Made by a program: the position numbers and the translations under genes. From assembly GCF_009914755.1 (NCBI RefSeq), contig NC_060930.1: a DNA stretch of 64,000 nucleotides. The stretch is one strand, 5' to 3'. The notes below the pieces were generated by a model. That model did no database searches and had not been told where the DNA came from. It worked only from the letters and a program-made list of their open reading frames with translations. This stretch comes from the human T2T-CHM13v2.0 reference genome, Homo sapiens. This document shows, piece after piece, positions 43,080 through 61,319 of the stretch (position 1 is its first letter; each line of letters starts with the position of its first letter).

Positions 43080-44850
43080 ATCTTGGTTTTTATTTTGCTG
43101 AGAAAAACCCATCAACAGAGAACTACCTGATGCTTTCACTGTCAAATTCTCCCACCCACAAATCTTTAATTTTTATCCATATGCTTTGCCTTCCCTCTGC
43201 TGACAAGGCTGACTCTGCCCGGGTATTTCATCCACCCCTTCTCATTTGCTCAAGGGCATCATTTCAGAAATTCTGTCCTGCCTCCCAGGAGTTACCAAAT
43301 TATTCTTCTCTACTGCAGCATTCCCTTTAACATGAAATATGCTAGAATGTCCCCATCATAAATAAAGAGCTTCCCTCCACTCCACATTCCCCTCTGGCTA
43401 CTGCATGTTTCTCTGCTCAACATACTATCAAGGGGCTTCTAGAGAGTTGTCTGTATTGACTCTTACAAAATTTATTACCATTCATGCTCGATTTTATTCC
43501 AGTCAGGCTATCTTCTCTATCTTTTCTTTGAACTTTTGTATGTTAAGATCACTAGTGACCACAGTCTTTCTAAACTAAATGTCAATTCTCTGTTTTTATC
43601 TTATTCAGTGTCTCAGAAGCAACTGACAAGGTTGATTATTTCTTTTCTCTTGAAATGCTTTCTTTACTTGGTCTCCATGACCACTGCACTGTCCTGATAT
43701 TTTTTCCTACCTTAATGACTGCTGCTCCTCATTCTCCTTTTCTTCCAGTTATCTCCATCTACCATCATTCTGTATTTGATCATGAGTACCGTTTACAGGT
43801 GGATGAGTCCTGAGTAAACAGTCTCTATCCCTGCTTTTTTCCAGAGCTCCAGATTCACATATCCAACCAACTACTAGATAATGAACATATATTTGTATGT
43901 CTGATAAGAATTTCAAACTGATCATACACAAAGCAAAACTCTTTATTCCACTATTTGTATTCTTTCCCCCAACCCAAATCCCTTCCCTTCCTTTGCAATC
44001 AAATCTGTTTCCCAGCCTTCCCTCTCTTTGCTCAGAGCAAAACTAGGCATCATCCTTAAATGGTATCTTTCTCTGCTACCTCAACTGACAAACTGACGAA
44101 TATGTTAACTTCATCTTCAAAATATATCCCAAATTACACTGCCGCTTTTCACTGTGTCTGTTAATACCATCAACGTTCAATGCACTGTTCTTTGTAGCCC
44201 AAACTATAATATTTGCTTCTTAGCTGGTCTCCGTGTTGCTACCTTTATCACTTTACAATCTCTTTTCCGTATTGTAGCCAAAGTGGTCTTTTAAATATAA
44301 ATTGAGTGTCAAAGTTTCTCCAGCATTTTCCATTGAAGTTTGAAATAAAATCAAAACTCCTGAACATAGCCTAAATCTCCCAATCTCCAGATTTATTTTA
44401 TACTCGTTTCTTCTTTCTCATTCTGCTGCAGCCATGCTAACTTCTTCGTGTTTCTCAAGCAAACCTAACACACTCCCAGTTCAAGGCTTCTGCTCCTGTT
44501 CCCGGTGCCTGAACCACATTTTCCCCAAAAGCTGCATGGCCTGCTCCCTCACTTCCTTCAAGACTCGCTCAGGTGTTCTCTCCTCACAGGGCCTTTCCTG
44601 ACCACCCTATTAAAGTATTAATCTCCTATTAAAGTAGTAACTCCTTGTGCCCTGCCCTTCCCAACCCCGTACTCTCTAGTCTCTTAACCTGCTTTATTTA
44701 CATGGCCCAATTCCATTATATGTTATTTGTTTACTTTTTATTATTTTTTCTCCCCACTCAGATTGCAGATTCCACTAGGGCAGAGAGCTTGCCTGTCCTT
44801 CATGGTCTAATTGGGCATAAGATACATATTTATCAAATGGTTGAATACAT
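43080..44850 (+). mobile_element. L2 LINE relic (about 1.7 kb)
   Basis: cagagctccagattcacatatccaac...ttcaaact...aaaactc; tccttcaagactcgctcaggtg...gcctttcctgaccaccct; terminal gaatacatg-like tail. Confidence 0.7.
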
Positions 44851-45086
44851 GTAAAAGGTTAAAGTAGTGTTAAGGACATAGTAATATATATTATGATAGT
44901 ATATCTCTGCCATTACTGTTTATCTAGTATCTTCACAACTCTGTTCTTAAGTGACTAACTATTCTGCACTTATAGAGCTACTGGATGAAGTTGTGAAGTG
45001 GATTTCTACACTATCACCAATGCTAATCATTGCTTGTTTGAATTTGTTTTTTGTACTAAGTCCTTTCCTCTAAAAAATGTTACTAA

Positions 45087-45534
<448 letters not shown>

Positions 45535-47399
45535 TAGAACTATAATTTTATACATTTTGTCTTATAAACATTAGTTTCCATTTAATATTTGAAAATAATG
45601 TCTTCTTTAATTTGTGAGCTAAAAATACTGACTAGGTTTCTTGGGACAATTGATAGTTTTTGACAGAATATTTTGCCTTTTACCTGACAAAATATATGTA
45701 TGATACCTTTAAGATCATGCTTAAAATTTTACATGTGGTGTTGAAAAAATTTTCTTAAGTGCATCAAAAATTACTTGAAACTTTTAAGTGTTTTCAAGAT
45801 AGATTGTTTGGTCTAAATATATAATTTTTTGGAGTTCATTGCTGTTTTTAAACAGATACAAAAGACAAAAACCTGTGGGTGATTTTTTCTTGGATTCTGT
45901 TTTCTATGTAGGCTGCTGTGTATAACCTCAGCAGAGTGGACACCAGGGAGCGCTGAGCTAGTGAAAATCCAATTCAGTTCTTCCTTCTCTATGATGTATT
46001 TTAATGAAGCAAGCAGATGGTAGGTAGATCTTCCCTTGGAAACTGCTGATTTTGAAAGACTCCAGAATGCCAGTTTTCCAACCATCATGTTCAGCAGTGT
46101 AGCGTATCTTGAAATACACATTTAACTTTGCCAGGAAAATTAATCTACCCTTAGGCAGATGGATAAATTTGCAAAAATACAAGATGATTGCTTGCCTCTC
46201 CAGTTTTCCTTCCTAGCTTTGAGTATACACGTCTTTCCTCTGTCTTTGTTCTTAACTTCTTAGTAACACAGCACCAGATTTAGCTCAATATCCTGCCGAA
46301 ATGCAATTAGGTTATCAAACTATGTACGTGGTCATTGTCTTTGTTGTTTCTGTTTTTTGTTGTTGAACAAACTCCTTGAGGAATACACTTTCACACTGTT
46401 CAGCATTATCATTTAGAAATAAAAATGGCAACCTACAAATGTGATTATTTTTTAAAGGGAATAGAAATAAATATGTCCTGAGATATCGCCAACAGTTATA
46501 GGTGATGGTAGCCTGCACAGAAAACATACAGTTACCTTTTCCTTCTGAACCAAGACAGAGATACCCGGTACATGAATAAAATCAAGCTCTCTATTCAAAT
46601 GGATATATAATATCGAATTCACCCACAGGTATAAACATGAAATAAATATGATTGGTTGGTTGCCAATTCCTGCTCATAATAAATTATTCACGTATTCTAT
46701 ATAGATATTTAATTACTACCATTCTAACTTCTTTATCCAATCATCAAGAAAAAGCTAAGAACAAACAGAGTTTTACATTAAGATAGAAAAACTGTTGAAA
46801 ATGCAGAGCATTATAATTTCCACCAGCAAAAGAAATAATACATGCTAGAATCTGAAGCATTCTTTTTAGATGCATAATTCTTAGAAATTAGTGCCATCTT
46901 CTGGCTTTTCAAAGTAACTAGGTACTGGTAGGATGTTTTATAGTATCACAAAGTGTCAGAAAAGGGGAAAAAATCCCTGAAACATATAGGTTCAAATCAT
47001 AATCATAGTATCTGCAATACATTACAGTTCATGGCCTAAGCTTTGAGCATGGTAAAATTTTCACATCCTCTATAATTCATATTACATAAGCTGTGCAGGT
47101 TTATACTGGATTACATTCCCTTGGTTAGTAGTTTATTGTGATAAAATAAGATTCCTAGCTATTACACACACAGGATATTCTGGAACTGATGTGTTTTGAA
47201 TAATTTTCTCATTTCTAACTCATGAATTTCTTCATGCCCGTGAATATTTAGTTCAGAAATTAAGAAACATTGAGGTTGGAGTGGGTTATCGCTCAAGTTC
47301 CGTGGATACATTCTTTTAGTTTGTTACTATATCATTTTTCAAGATATGGCTGTTTAGATGCACTATTGTATATTCTAAAATATTAAAAATAGCAATTAT

Positions 47400-47600
47400 A
47401 GTATCTATTATGTCCCAGCTGCTAGATGCCCTATCTAAATTACTTTATTTCTCACAGAACACCAGTGAGATGTACTTCTACCTCATTCCTATCTTATAGA
47501 TGAAGAAATTGAGGCTCAGAGATGTTAAGTCACAGAGCTAAGAAATGACAGGGTCAAGATCTGAACCCCTGTTCATCTGACTCCAAAGCCTGTGCTCTAT
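47400..47600 (-). mobile_element. MIR
   Basis: tatagatgaagaaattgaggctcagagatgttaagtcacagagcta...tctgactccaaagcctgtgctct MIR core. Confidence 0.8.
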
Positions 47601-48619
47601 GTTACCTACCTCACTATGATGGTTGGGATACTCATGACATTGGCCAGTTAAAGGCCACTGGTAGGTATTTTATGTAATTATTAAAATATTACATTATTAA
47701 AGTTGGCACTCCCCACAAATTGACTATCTACCACTTTACTTTCCTCCCAAGTCCTGGCCATGGATGAATAAAATTCTGTAGAACTCATTCCTCCTTCTAT
47801 ATTTAATAGAAATGTAAACACATATTAACTACTTTGCAGTGTCAAGCATTTAACTGATATTCAGGATATACCAATATACCAATGAATTTATCAGCAAATA
47901 AGTTTTAATAGAAGCTCAATTGTTTTCTAATATGCATAGATAATAAATAAAAAACTGGTTTAAAAGATCCATATGTCCTTAAAGGTTTCTAAGTGCTTGA
48001 ACGTTTGGAGACACAGGCACACACATGCATACACAAATATACAGGTCATTGACAATAATTTTTATTTTTGTTTTTGGTATTGTATAAAAGATTAGGAAAA
48101 GCAAAAATCTAATAAGGATGATTTATCAAAAAGCAGTATGTACTCTAATCATGAGAGAAAAAAGAAAAAAATCTTAACCAGGGATACTATAGGGAAAACT
48201 ATAATTTTAAGACAACTGTGGTTTAGCTGTTGAAGTACTAGAAGAAGGCAGTGGCATCTTGCAAAATACTAACTCATTTCTGGGGACCACAACACCACAT
48301 GATGTTTCAAAAGCATATAAAAAGATTTCATATTAATATGGTATAAGAGATTATTCTAAGTAATACTAACAAAATAAAAATATCATACATGATTCACAAG
48401 GTATAACATATATTGAGTACTATTTTTAATTGGAAAGGATCTTGTTATATCTAATAGCCCCAAGATTTTGTGTACTAATAGTGAGCAGGTGCCTATCTCA
48501 AACTATAATGGAGTATTATAGAACTACAAAAGATGACTGGAATAATTAAGAACAACAATCAGAAAACATAATGAAATAAAGTATTTTATTTGCTATAGCA
48601 TGAAATACTTGGAATAAAA

Positions 48620-51600
48620 CTGTACCAATTAGGTTTCTTGGTTACTGGCAATATAAACTAACCCTGACCATCTTAAGCAGGAAAGGAGACAGATTACCTC
48701 ATGGTCAGTGGGAGGGCTGGAGAACTAGCAGGGAAAGCAGGAAAAACAAAGGAACATAGGTAGCTCAAATACTGCCAAGTTCACATTGTGTGAACAGCTA
48801 TTTCAGGATGCAGCCACTGGTATTTCTATGACTGGGGACAGCTGTGCAACTACCTCAGCTACAAATAATTTCTAAATATTACTCTCTCTCTTTGGACCAC
48901 TTCTTCAGGGTGCAAATCTTGGGGAGATTATCCCATTGGCTTATCCTAAGGCATGTACATGTACGCAAATAAGAAGGAAGTTCACGTGCTACGTGGCCAA
49001 AATCCAAAACTGAAACAAACGTAATACCCAATAAATGTTTCCCACAGACCTTTGGTTGCTGAGTGCCAACGTGCATCCTTCTTATACTTGCATTTTCAAA
49101 TAACTTCCTTTTAACATAATGCAACAATCCCACATATAATCAAAAAAAGTGTCACCCTTCTTTCCCAATTGGAGACTTCTTAAAGTCTTTTCTTTTATTG
49201 CATTTTGTTCCAAGTACAGAAGGAATCTCTGCATAATGGCCATTTGTTCTCATGTTTATGTTGTGATACTGTCCTGATATAGACTAAATTTCAGTTACTA
49301 AACTCAAATGCTTTACAGAAACCAGAGAGCATATGACAGCTGTAATGTGATATGGAAGTATCTGTGATTTTTCCTGGTGACAGAATCAAAGGTAATGCTA
49401 CTATTGTGCTTTTTTGCTTATCAGCATCCACAAGAGATAGTCAAAAGGAAAGACTTGATACAGGGAGCTAATTATGAAGGGAGAGCAAACAGGGGATGGT
49501 GAGGCCACCTAGAGGATAGCAACAACTGAACAGCTGAAAGCAGCTGCTACCTCTATGGCTGAAAGAACAAAGGGAAGACACAGTGCTACAAAAGCCCAAG
49601 AGCTGCAACCTCCTGACAGGAGCTGGGTCCGGTAATGGGGGCTGCTCATCAGGACATGGGACCACGGGTAGCTTGGGGACCTGTTAAGTGGCAGCTGGAA
49701 CCAATCGCGGATGCAGCTACTAGTGGAGGGGAGAGGGGAGAAATTCTGTAGCTTCTCTTCCCCCCAGTCTCCTGTCTCCTGACAGGACCTTGCCTTGGTA
49801 GGAGAAAATGTAGTTTGTACAGGGTGAGAAATGCATCTCAGAGCTAACCTGCAAATGACTGGCATTCACCAGGAAGCCCTGGGGCTAAACTCCAGATTCC
49901 TGGAACTGGTCATAAGGCCACTTCTCATATTAGAACTTTCTTCTTTGGATGCTCTCTCCTTTCACGTAGGGGAAGCAAATTTAAATTCTTTCTTCTGTGT
50001 CCTCCTTGCTTGCCGCCTGCCCTGCAGTTGGTTGGATTCTTTATCTGGTGTGGTGATGCAAGTCATCATTCCTGAGAGGCCAGGCCATGGTGGGCCTGCG
50101 GTCAGGAGCTTCACGAGGCCTCCATTAACTCTTACCATTGGATGTGTGAAGCACTATCCCAAGGCAGGCTTCTCACTGTGTGTGTGCATGTGTGCCTGTT
50201 AATGTATGCATGTCATGGACCTCTATAGCAGTCTAGGGAAGCTAGTGGGAACCCTCCTCAGAATAATGTTTTTAAATTCATACAGTAAAATACCTAAGAT
50301 TATAAAACAAATCCACCTTTTTGAAATACAATTAATAAATTATAACAAATGTTTTGTCATGAAGGAAACAGTATAGTCCTTTCATAATGTATTTAAATAG
50401 CAAAATCTAGCAGCAGGTATAATAACTACAGCAGTTTCACATTGAGGGGGCACAAGCATATTTTAATACAGTATATAACAACTGTCATTTGATAAAAAGG
50501 GATCTGATTTCTCTTGGTGACAAAGTTGCAGGTGCTGATAATACAACTGTGATTTTATGCTGATTTTCATAGTTAAGAATACATTAAGTTTCTGTTGGAG
50601 TTCACAGAAAGATGTAGTTTTTTTTTCCTCATCCATATTCACAGCTTCTTTGACTGAGAGGGTTACCTGGGTTTTACCAGAACACTTTTTCACCTGCTGG
50701 CTAATTCTCTCACCTTCAGTGTTTTTTCAATTCCACCCTTCTCCTTCTCCCTGAGGCCTATCTTGTCCTATCCTGTACACTCTATTTACTTCTAACCTTC
50801 CTCTGTGTGGTAAGGTTTTTTAAGAAATGCTGTCTTAAACCCAGTCTGGGGCCCTGGTTGGAGGCTAGTCATTTCCCTGGACTCTCACATTCCAGGCCAC
50901 CACACTCCTGTCCTAATTGCCCTGGGACAGGCACCAGACAACTAGGGACACACCTTGGAGCCCTCAGAATTATTCCAATTAGCCAATCTACAGAGAGCCC
51001 TCAAAACCTAACTAACCCCACCTGACTTGCCACACAAAAGCCCTTTCCAAGGGAAACCTCCGTGTGGCCCTGTGGCAGTCTTCTCCCATTTGAAGCTGTA
51101 AGTAACAAAAAGTTCTGCCATTCATCTATCCAAGTGAGTTGTCTCCTTCCATCCAAAAATATCTTGAATTCTTATAAAAACACCTTGATCCCCTCCCAGG
51201 GATTTCTTCTCTTTTTCTTCTCAGCATTTTTGTTTTTGTTTTTCCATAGCACTTATAATCTACCTTCTCACAAATCACTAGACTGTCTCCCCACCTCACT
51301 GAAATGTAAGGTCCGTGAAGGCAGGATTTTGTCATTTTTGTTTTCTGCTGCATCCTAAGCACTTGGAACAGTGCCTGCCCATAGGAGGCTCTCTTTATTG
51401 AATGAATAAATGAATGCATGACTCTCCTCTCTGTGCCTATTGTGATCAGTCACTCGGGGCAACACCTTCAAGCCCCTTCATACCTGTTTGTGTGGTTTCA
51501 TGGAAGCCTGAAAGGGAGGTGGATGATGTAAATTCTGATTCAATAGGACTATGGCTATGTCTCTTGAGAGCTTTACCCTTTTGGGTGCCAAAAGCCTCTG

Positions 51601-52270
51601 AATGAGTGGAGCTCAGAGTCACAGAGAGAGGAAAAATTGTGAGTGGGTCTTTAGGGATGATCACGAGACAGACTGCTCTTCTGCTCCCCCTTGGTTTCTG
51701 AATCTGTGTAGTATGATTGTGGAAAATATAGCACCACGTGTCAGTTAAAGTTTCACAGCATACATGACATCTTTCAGAATGGTGCTGTTACCCTGAAGGT
51801 TGGCCCAGTTGATGCTGCCACAGAGTCTTTAATATACAATATTTCTATTTTATAAGGCCAATAACTTTTGGGTGATAAATTTCATAAGTTCAGTATCTCT
51901 CCCTGCCTTATTTCTTTCACTGTGAAGCCTGTTGTTTAGAAGTAATATTGTGCAGGATACCATAATGACACACTGTATTGATGAACTCCCTCAAAAGAAA
52001 TGGTAGAAGAACCATGACTAGTAGGGAAAGAAAATCCAAATCCAGAACAAGTAATCAGGAGAATAAGGACAAATTCCTGCCAATCCCATGATGTAATCAA
52101 CCTACCACTAGGCTGACTAGTCCCCCTTTCATCCCTGGGATTATATCAGGGGTCCGGGTTGTTTGTAGCCATGGGGAAATGAGGATTCAACAGTGACACT
52201 TCTGAAGTACTACTTCTTAAGGGAAAGTCCACATTGAGGCCTTGCATGGCCTCTAATTCTTGCATCACAG
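48620..52270. mobile_element. Mosaic of ancient MaLR/ERVL LTR and internal fragments plus a MER119/Charlie-like piece (about 50190-50645)
   Basis: MLT1-like at 48620-48960; LTR-like at 49400-49800 and 50800-51182; gtcatggacctct...ctcagaataatgtttttaaat resembles MER119; recognised by eye only. Confidence 0.4.
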
Positions 52271-53474
52271 CCATTTCCACATACTGTCAGATTGCATTCT
52301 AAAATTACAATTCATGTTTCCATAAAAAAGTGCATATAATCTTCTTGAATTCCCTCCAGTAATTTATATCATTGCTCTTTCTAATTTTTGACAGTCTGAT
52401 GAGGGTGGTTTGTCCAGTTATTACTTTAATTGTATTTCCCTGATTACTAGTGAGTTTGAGCACCTTTTACTTGTTGGCCAACTGTATACCCTTCAGTGAG
52501 ATGTCTGTTCATATGCTTTACTTATTTTTCTTTGATTTTATCTTTATTTTGACAATACTAAAGAGCTCTTTGAATATTATGTTAATCCTTTGTCACCTCA
52601 CAAATAGTTTCTTCAAATCTATTGTTTTTCTACTGACTTTAGATGTGAAATCCTTTGCAATTCAATAGTTTTAAAAAAATTGTCCAAATGTTTTCTTTTA
52701 CAGCTCCAGAATTTTCTCTCTTGGTTAAGAATTATTCCTTCATCTCTAGGCTATTCCAAATTCTTAGATTTGGTCCTGAGATATTCACTGATTCATGTTT
52801 CATCTTTAAGTCTCTAATAATCCCAGGTTTTATTTTAATACATAATATAAAAGAAGCTTAATTTTGTTTTCTTCCAGTGGAGAATAAGTTGTGCCAGTTT
52901 CATCTATTAATTAAAACCTTATCTCACAACTGAATAAAACAGCAATTTTGTCATCAATTGTACTCTCATATATGCTGGGGTCTTTTGCTTAATTTTCTCT
53001 TCTTCCTGTTGATCTATTTGTATCTTACTATGCCAGTACCACACTGATAACGATGATAGTAGTTTAACATATGTTCTGATACCTAGCAAGGCAAGGCCAG
53101 GCAAGGACATTTATTTATTTTTTGTATTTTCACTAGGTATTGGTGGGTTGTTGTTATACATATTATTCTAGATCAGACTCAAAAGCTTTGAAATGTTATG
53201 AAATTATGTATTAAAATAGCAATTTTCTCATGTAATCCATAAATAATATAATTTCAGAAAATTATATTATGAATTATATCTTCTCATCTGCTAGCATGGC
53301 AAAGTTTTGTAAGCCATTCATATATAATATTATTAAAGTTTTATAATTTTCTACATAGAAGTCTTGCACCTTTCTCATCAAATGTATTCAAAGTGTTTTG
53401 TAGGTTTTTTTTTTTTTTGGTTAAAGTTGTGACTGGAAAATTTCTTATTTCTAATTCTAGGTTGGGCTTGAAAG

Positions 53475-54833
<1,359 letters not shown>

Positions 54834-56694
54834 TACAGCTGTGCTATTAAGAAAAGCTACCGATTTTTATTTTTTGTCTCGTACAAATTTTTCTCATTAA
54901 AGTTATACAACCAACAAAAATAGATTTGTATCTTCTTTTCTACTATGAGTATTGATTATTTTTATCTCATTGCATTTGCTTGGACCTTCTCAAGAATATG
55001 GCAAATAATAATAGTTATACTAGGCATCCTTGTCAAGTTCTGATTTTAATTGAAGAGGTTTTAGTGTTTCACCACTAGGAATACTATGTGCTTTTGGTTT
55101 CAAACTAGGCTTTATTAAATTTTAGTATTTTATTCCAGTTTTTAGTTTCTGTTTTCTAATTTTCTTATAAACAATAAAACAATTATGTCTGTTGAATTTG
55201 ATTGGATGTCTTATTTGTAACTATCTGATGACATTTTAGTATTGATTAATCAAAAAATATTTTCCTTTAGTTTATTTTTTGATTTTGCATTATGTTGATA
55301 AATTTCCTAGTATTGAATAACCTTGGTATTCTTAGAACATTCCTAACTTAGTAATAATATATATTTTGGTACATTGTTTGATTATATTTGCTAATATTTA
55401 CCTTTTTCTCCCCCCTACAGGCATTTAGTGAAATTGGTCCATAGTTTTATTTTCTTCTGCTAATGCTATGCTGAGTTAATAAAATGAATTGAGAAGCACT
55501 CACCTTTTTCTGTGGTCTGGAATAAGTAACACTGAAATAATCTGTTCTTAATACATACGATGAAATACTTACAAATGTGCATTATTGTGGTGACTTTTAA
55601 AATAGTACATGTTTAATTACCTTTGAAGATGCTAACGTAGCAATTAAAAATGTTTTTTCATTTATGAGTCAATTTGAATAATTATGGTTTTCTAGAATAA
55701 CATTCATTTTCTCCAAGTTTCAAAGTTTGTTTGCAATGGACATGCATATTTTATTCTCTAAGAAAAAAATTTCTCATTTATCTATGATTATGCCACATTC
55801 TCATTTCTAATCATATTTTTCATCTTTTTACTCTAATCATACCTTGAAGAACTTATTTTCTTTAGCTTTAATAATAACCAAGTTCTTTTATACTTTATTT
55901 ATTTCACTTTCATCAATAATTGCCTTTTTGTAATTTATTTTGGTTTATTTCTATGCTTTACATCTTAAAATGGGTACTTCTTATATTTTTATCTTTTGTC
56001 TTTTTTTCTATTTCATTTGTTTCAGCTACATTTTCAATGATTCCCCTTTCCTAAGTTACTTTTATTTGCATTATTGTTCTTTTTTTCTAATTTGTTAATA
56101 TATGCCCCAAGTCCTTACATTTTTCTTCTGGATTCACTTTCCTCCAATTTTGTCTAGGTTAATCTCTAGCCTCTTGCCCAATGCAAAGGAAAGCAGAATA
56201 GATACTCCAATTTCTATAACTCAGGAACCTACTTCCACCAAGCTTCCCACTGACTTCAGAATATGCATCTTACAAGTGACAGCTAGATTGGAGTTGGAAA
56301 TAAAGGAAGATAGCATCCCACAATCTCGTCTCTCTTTCATTTATAACGTAACTATAATATGTCACAGGCAAGTTCTAAATAAAGAAAACCTTAAATCATT
56401 GAGGGACATAAAGTAAATTATTAGTAAGTAGAAATACTTTCAAATAGGAAATTTTAATATAATAGACATGCCAATTCCCACTAAGTGATTTTATGAATTC
56501 AATGTGATCTTAATGGAAACATGACGGTATGGAGTGAGTCCAGCATAAGACACAAATATACCTGGAAGATTTTTACTGTGAGTGGCTTTTCAAATTAATG
56601 AGAAAAAGGAAGATCATTCAATAAATATTACTGATAAATTGATCATTACCACATATTACAAAATAAAACTTAGCTTCATAAAAAATTAAATGTT

Positions 56695-61319
<4,625 letters not shown>

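Noticed and set aside
45813-46182. 102-aa and 74-aa minus-strand ORFs as an extra EYS exon
   Set aside because: No EGF or LamG features and no convincing minus-strand splice pair; the four identified exons already join seamlessly
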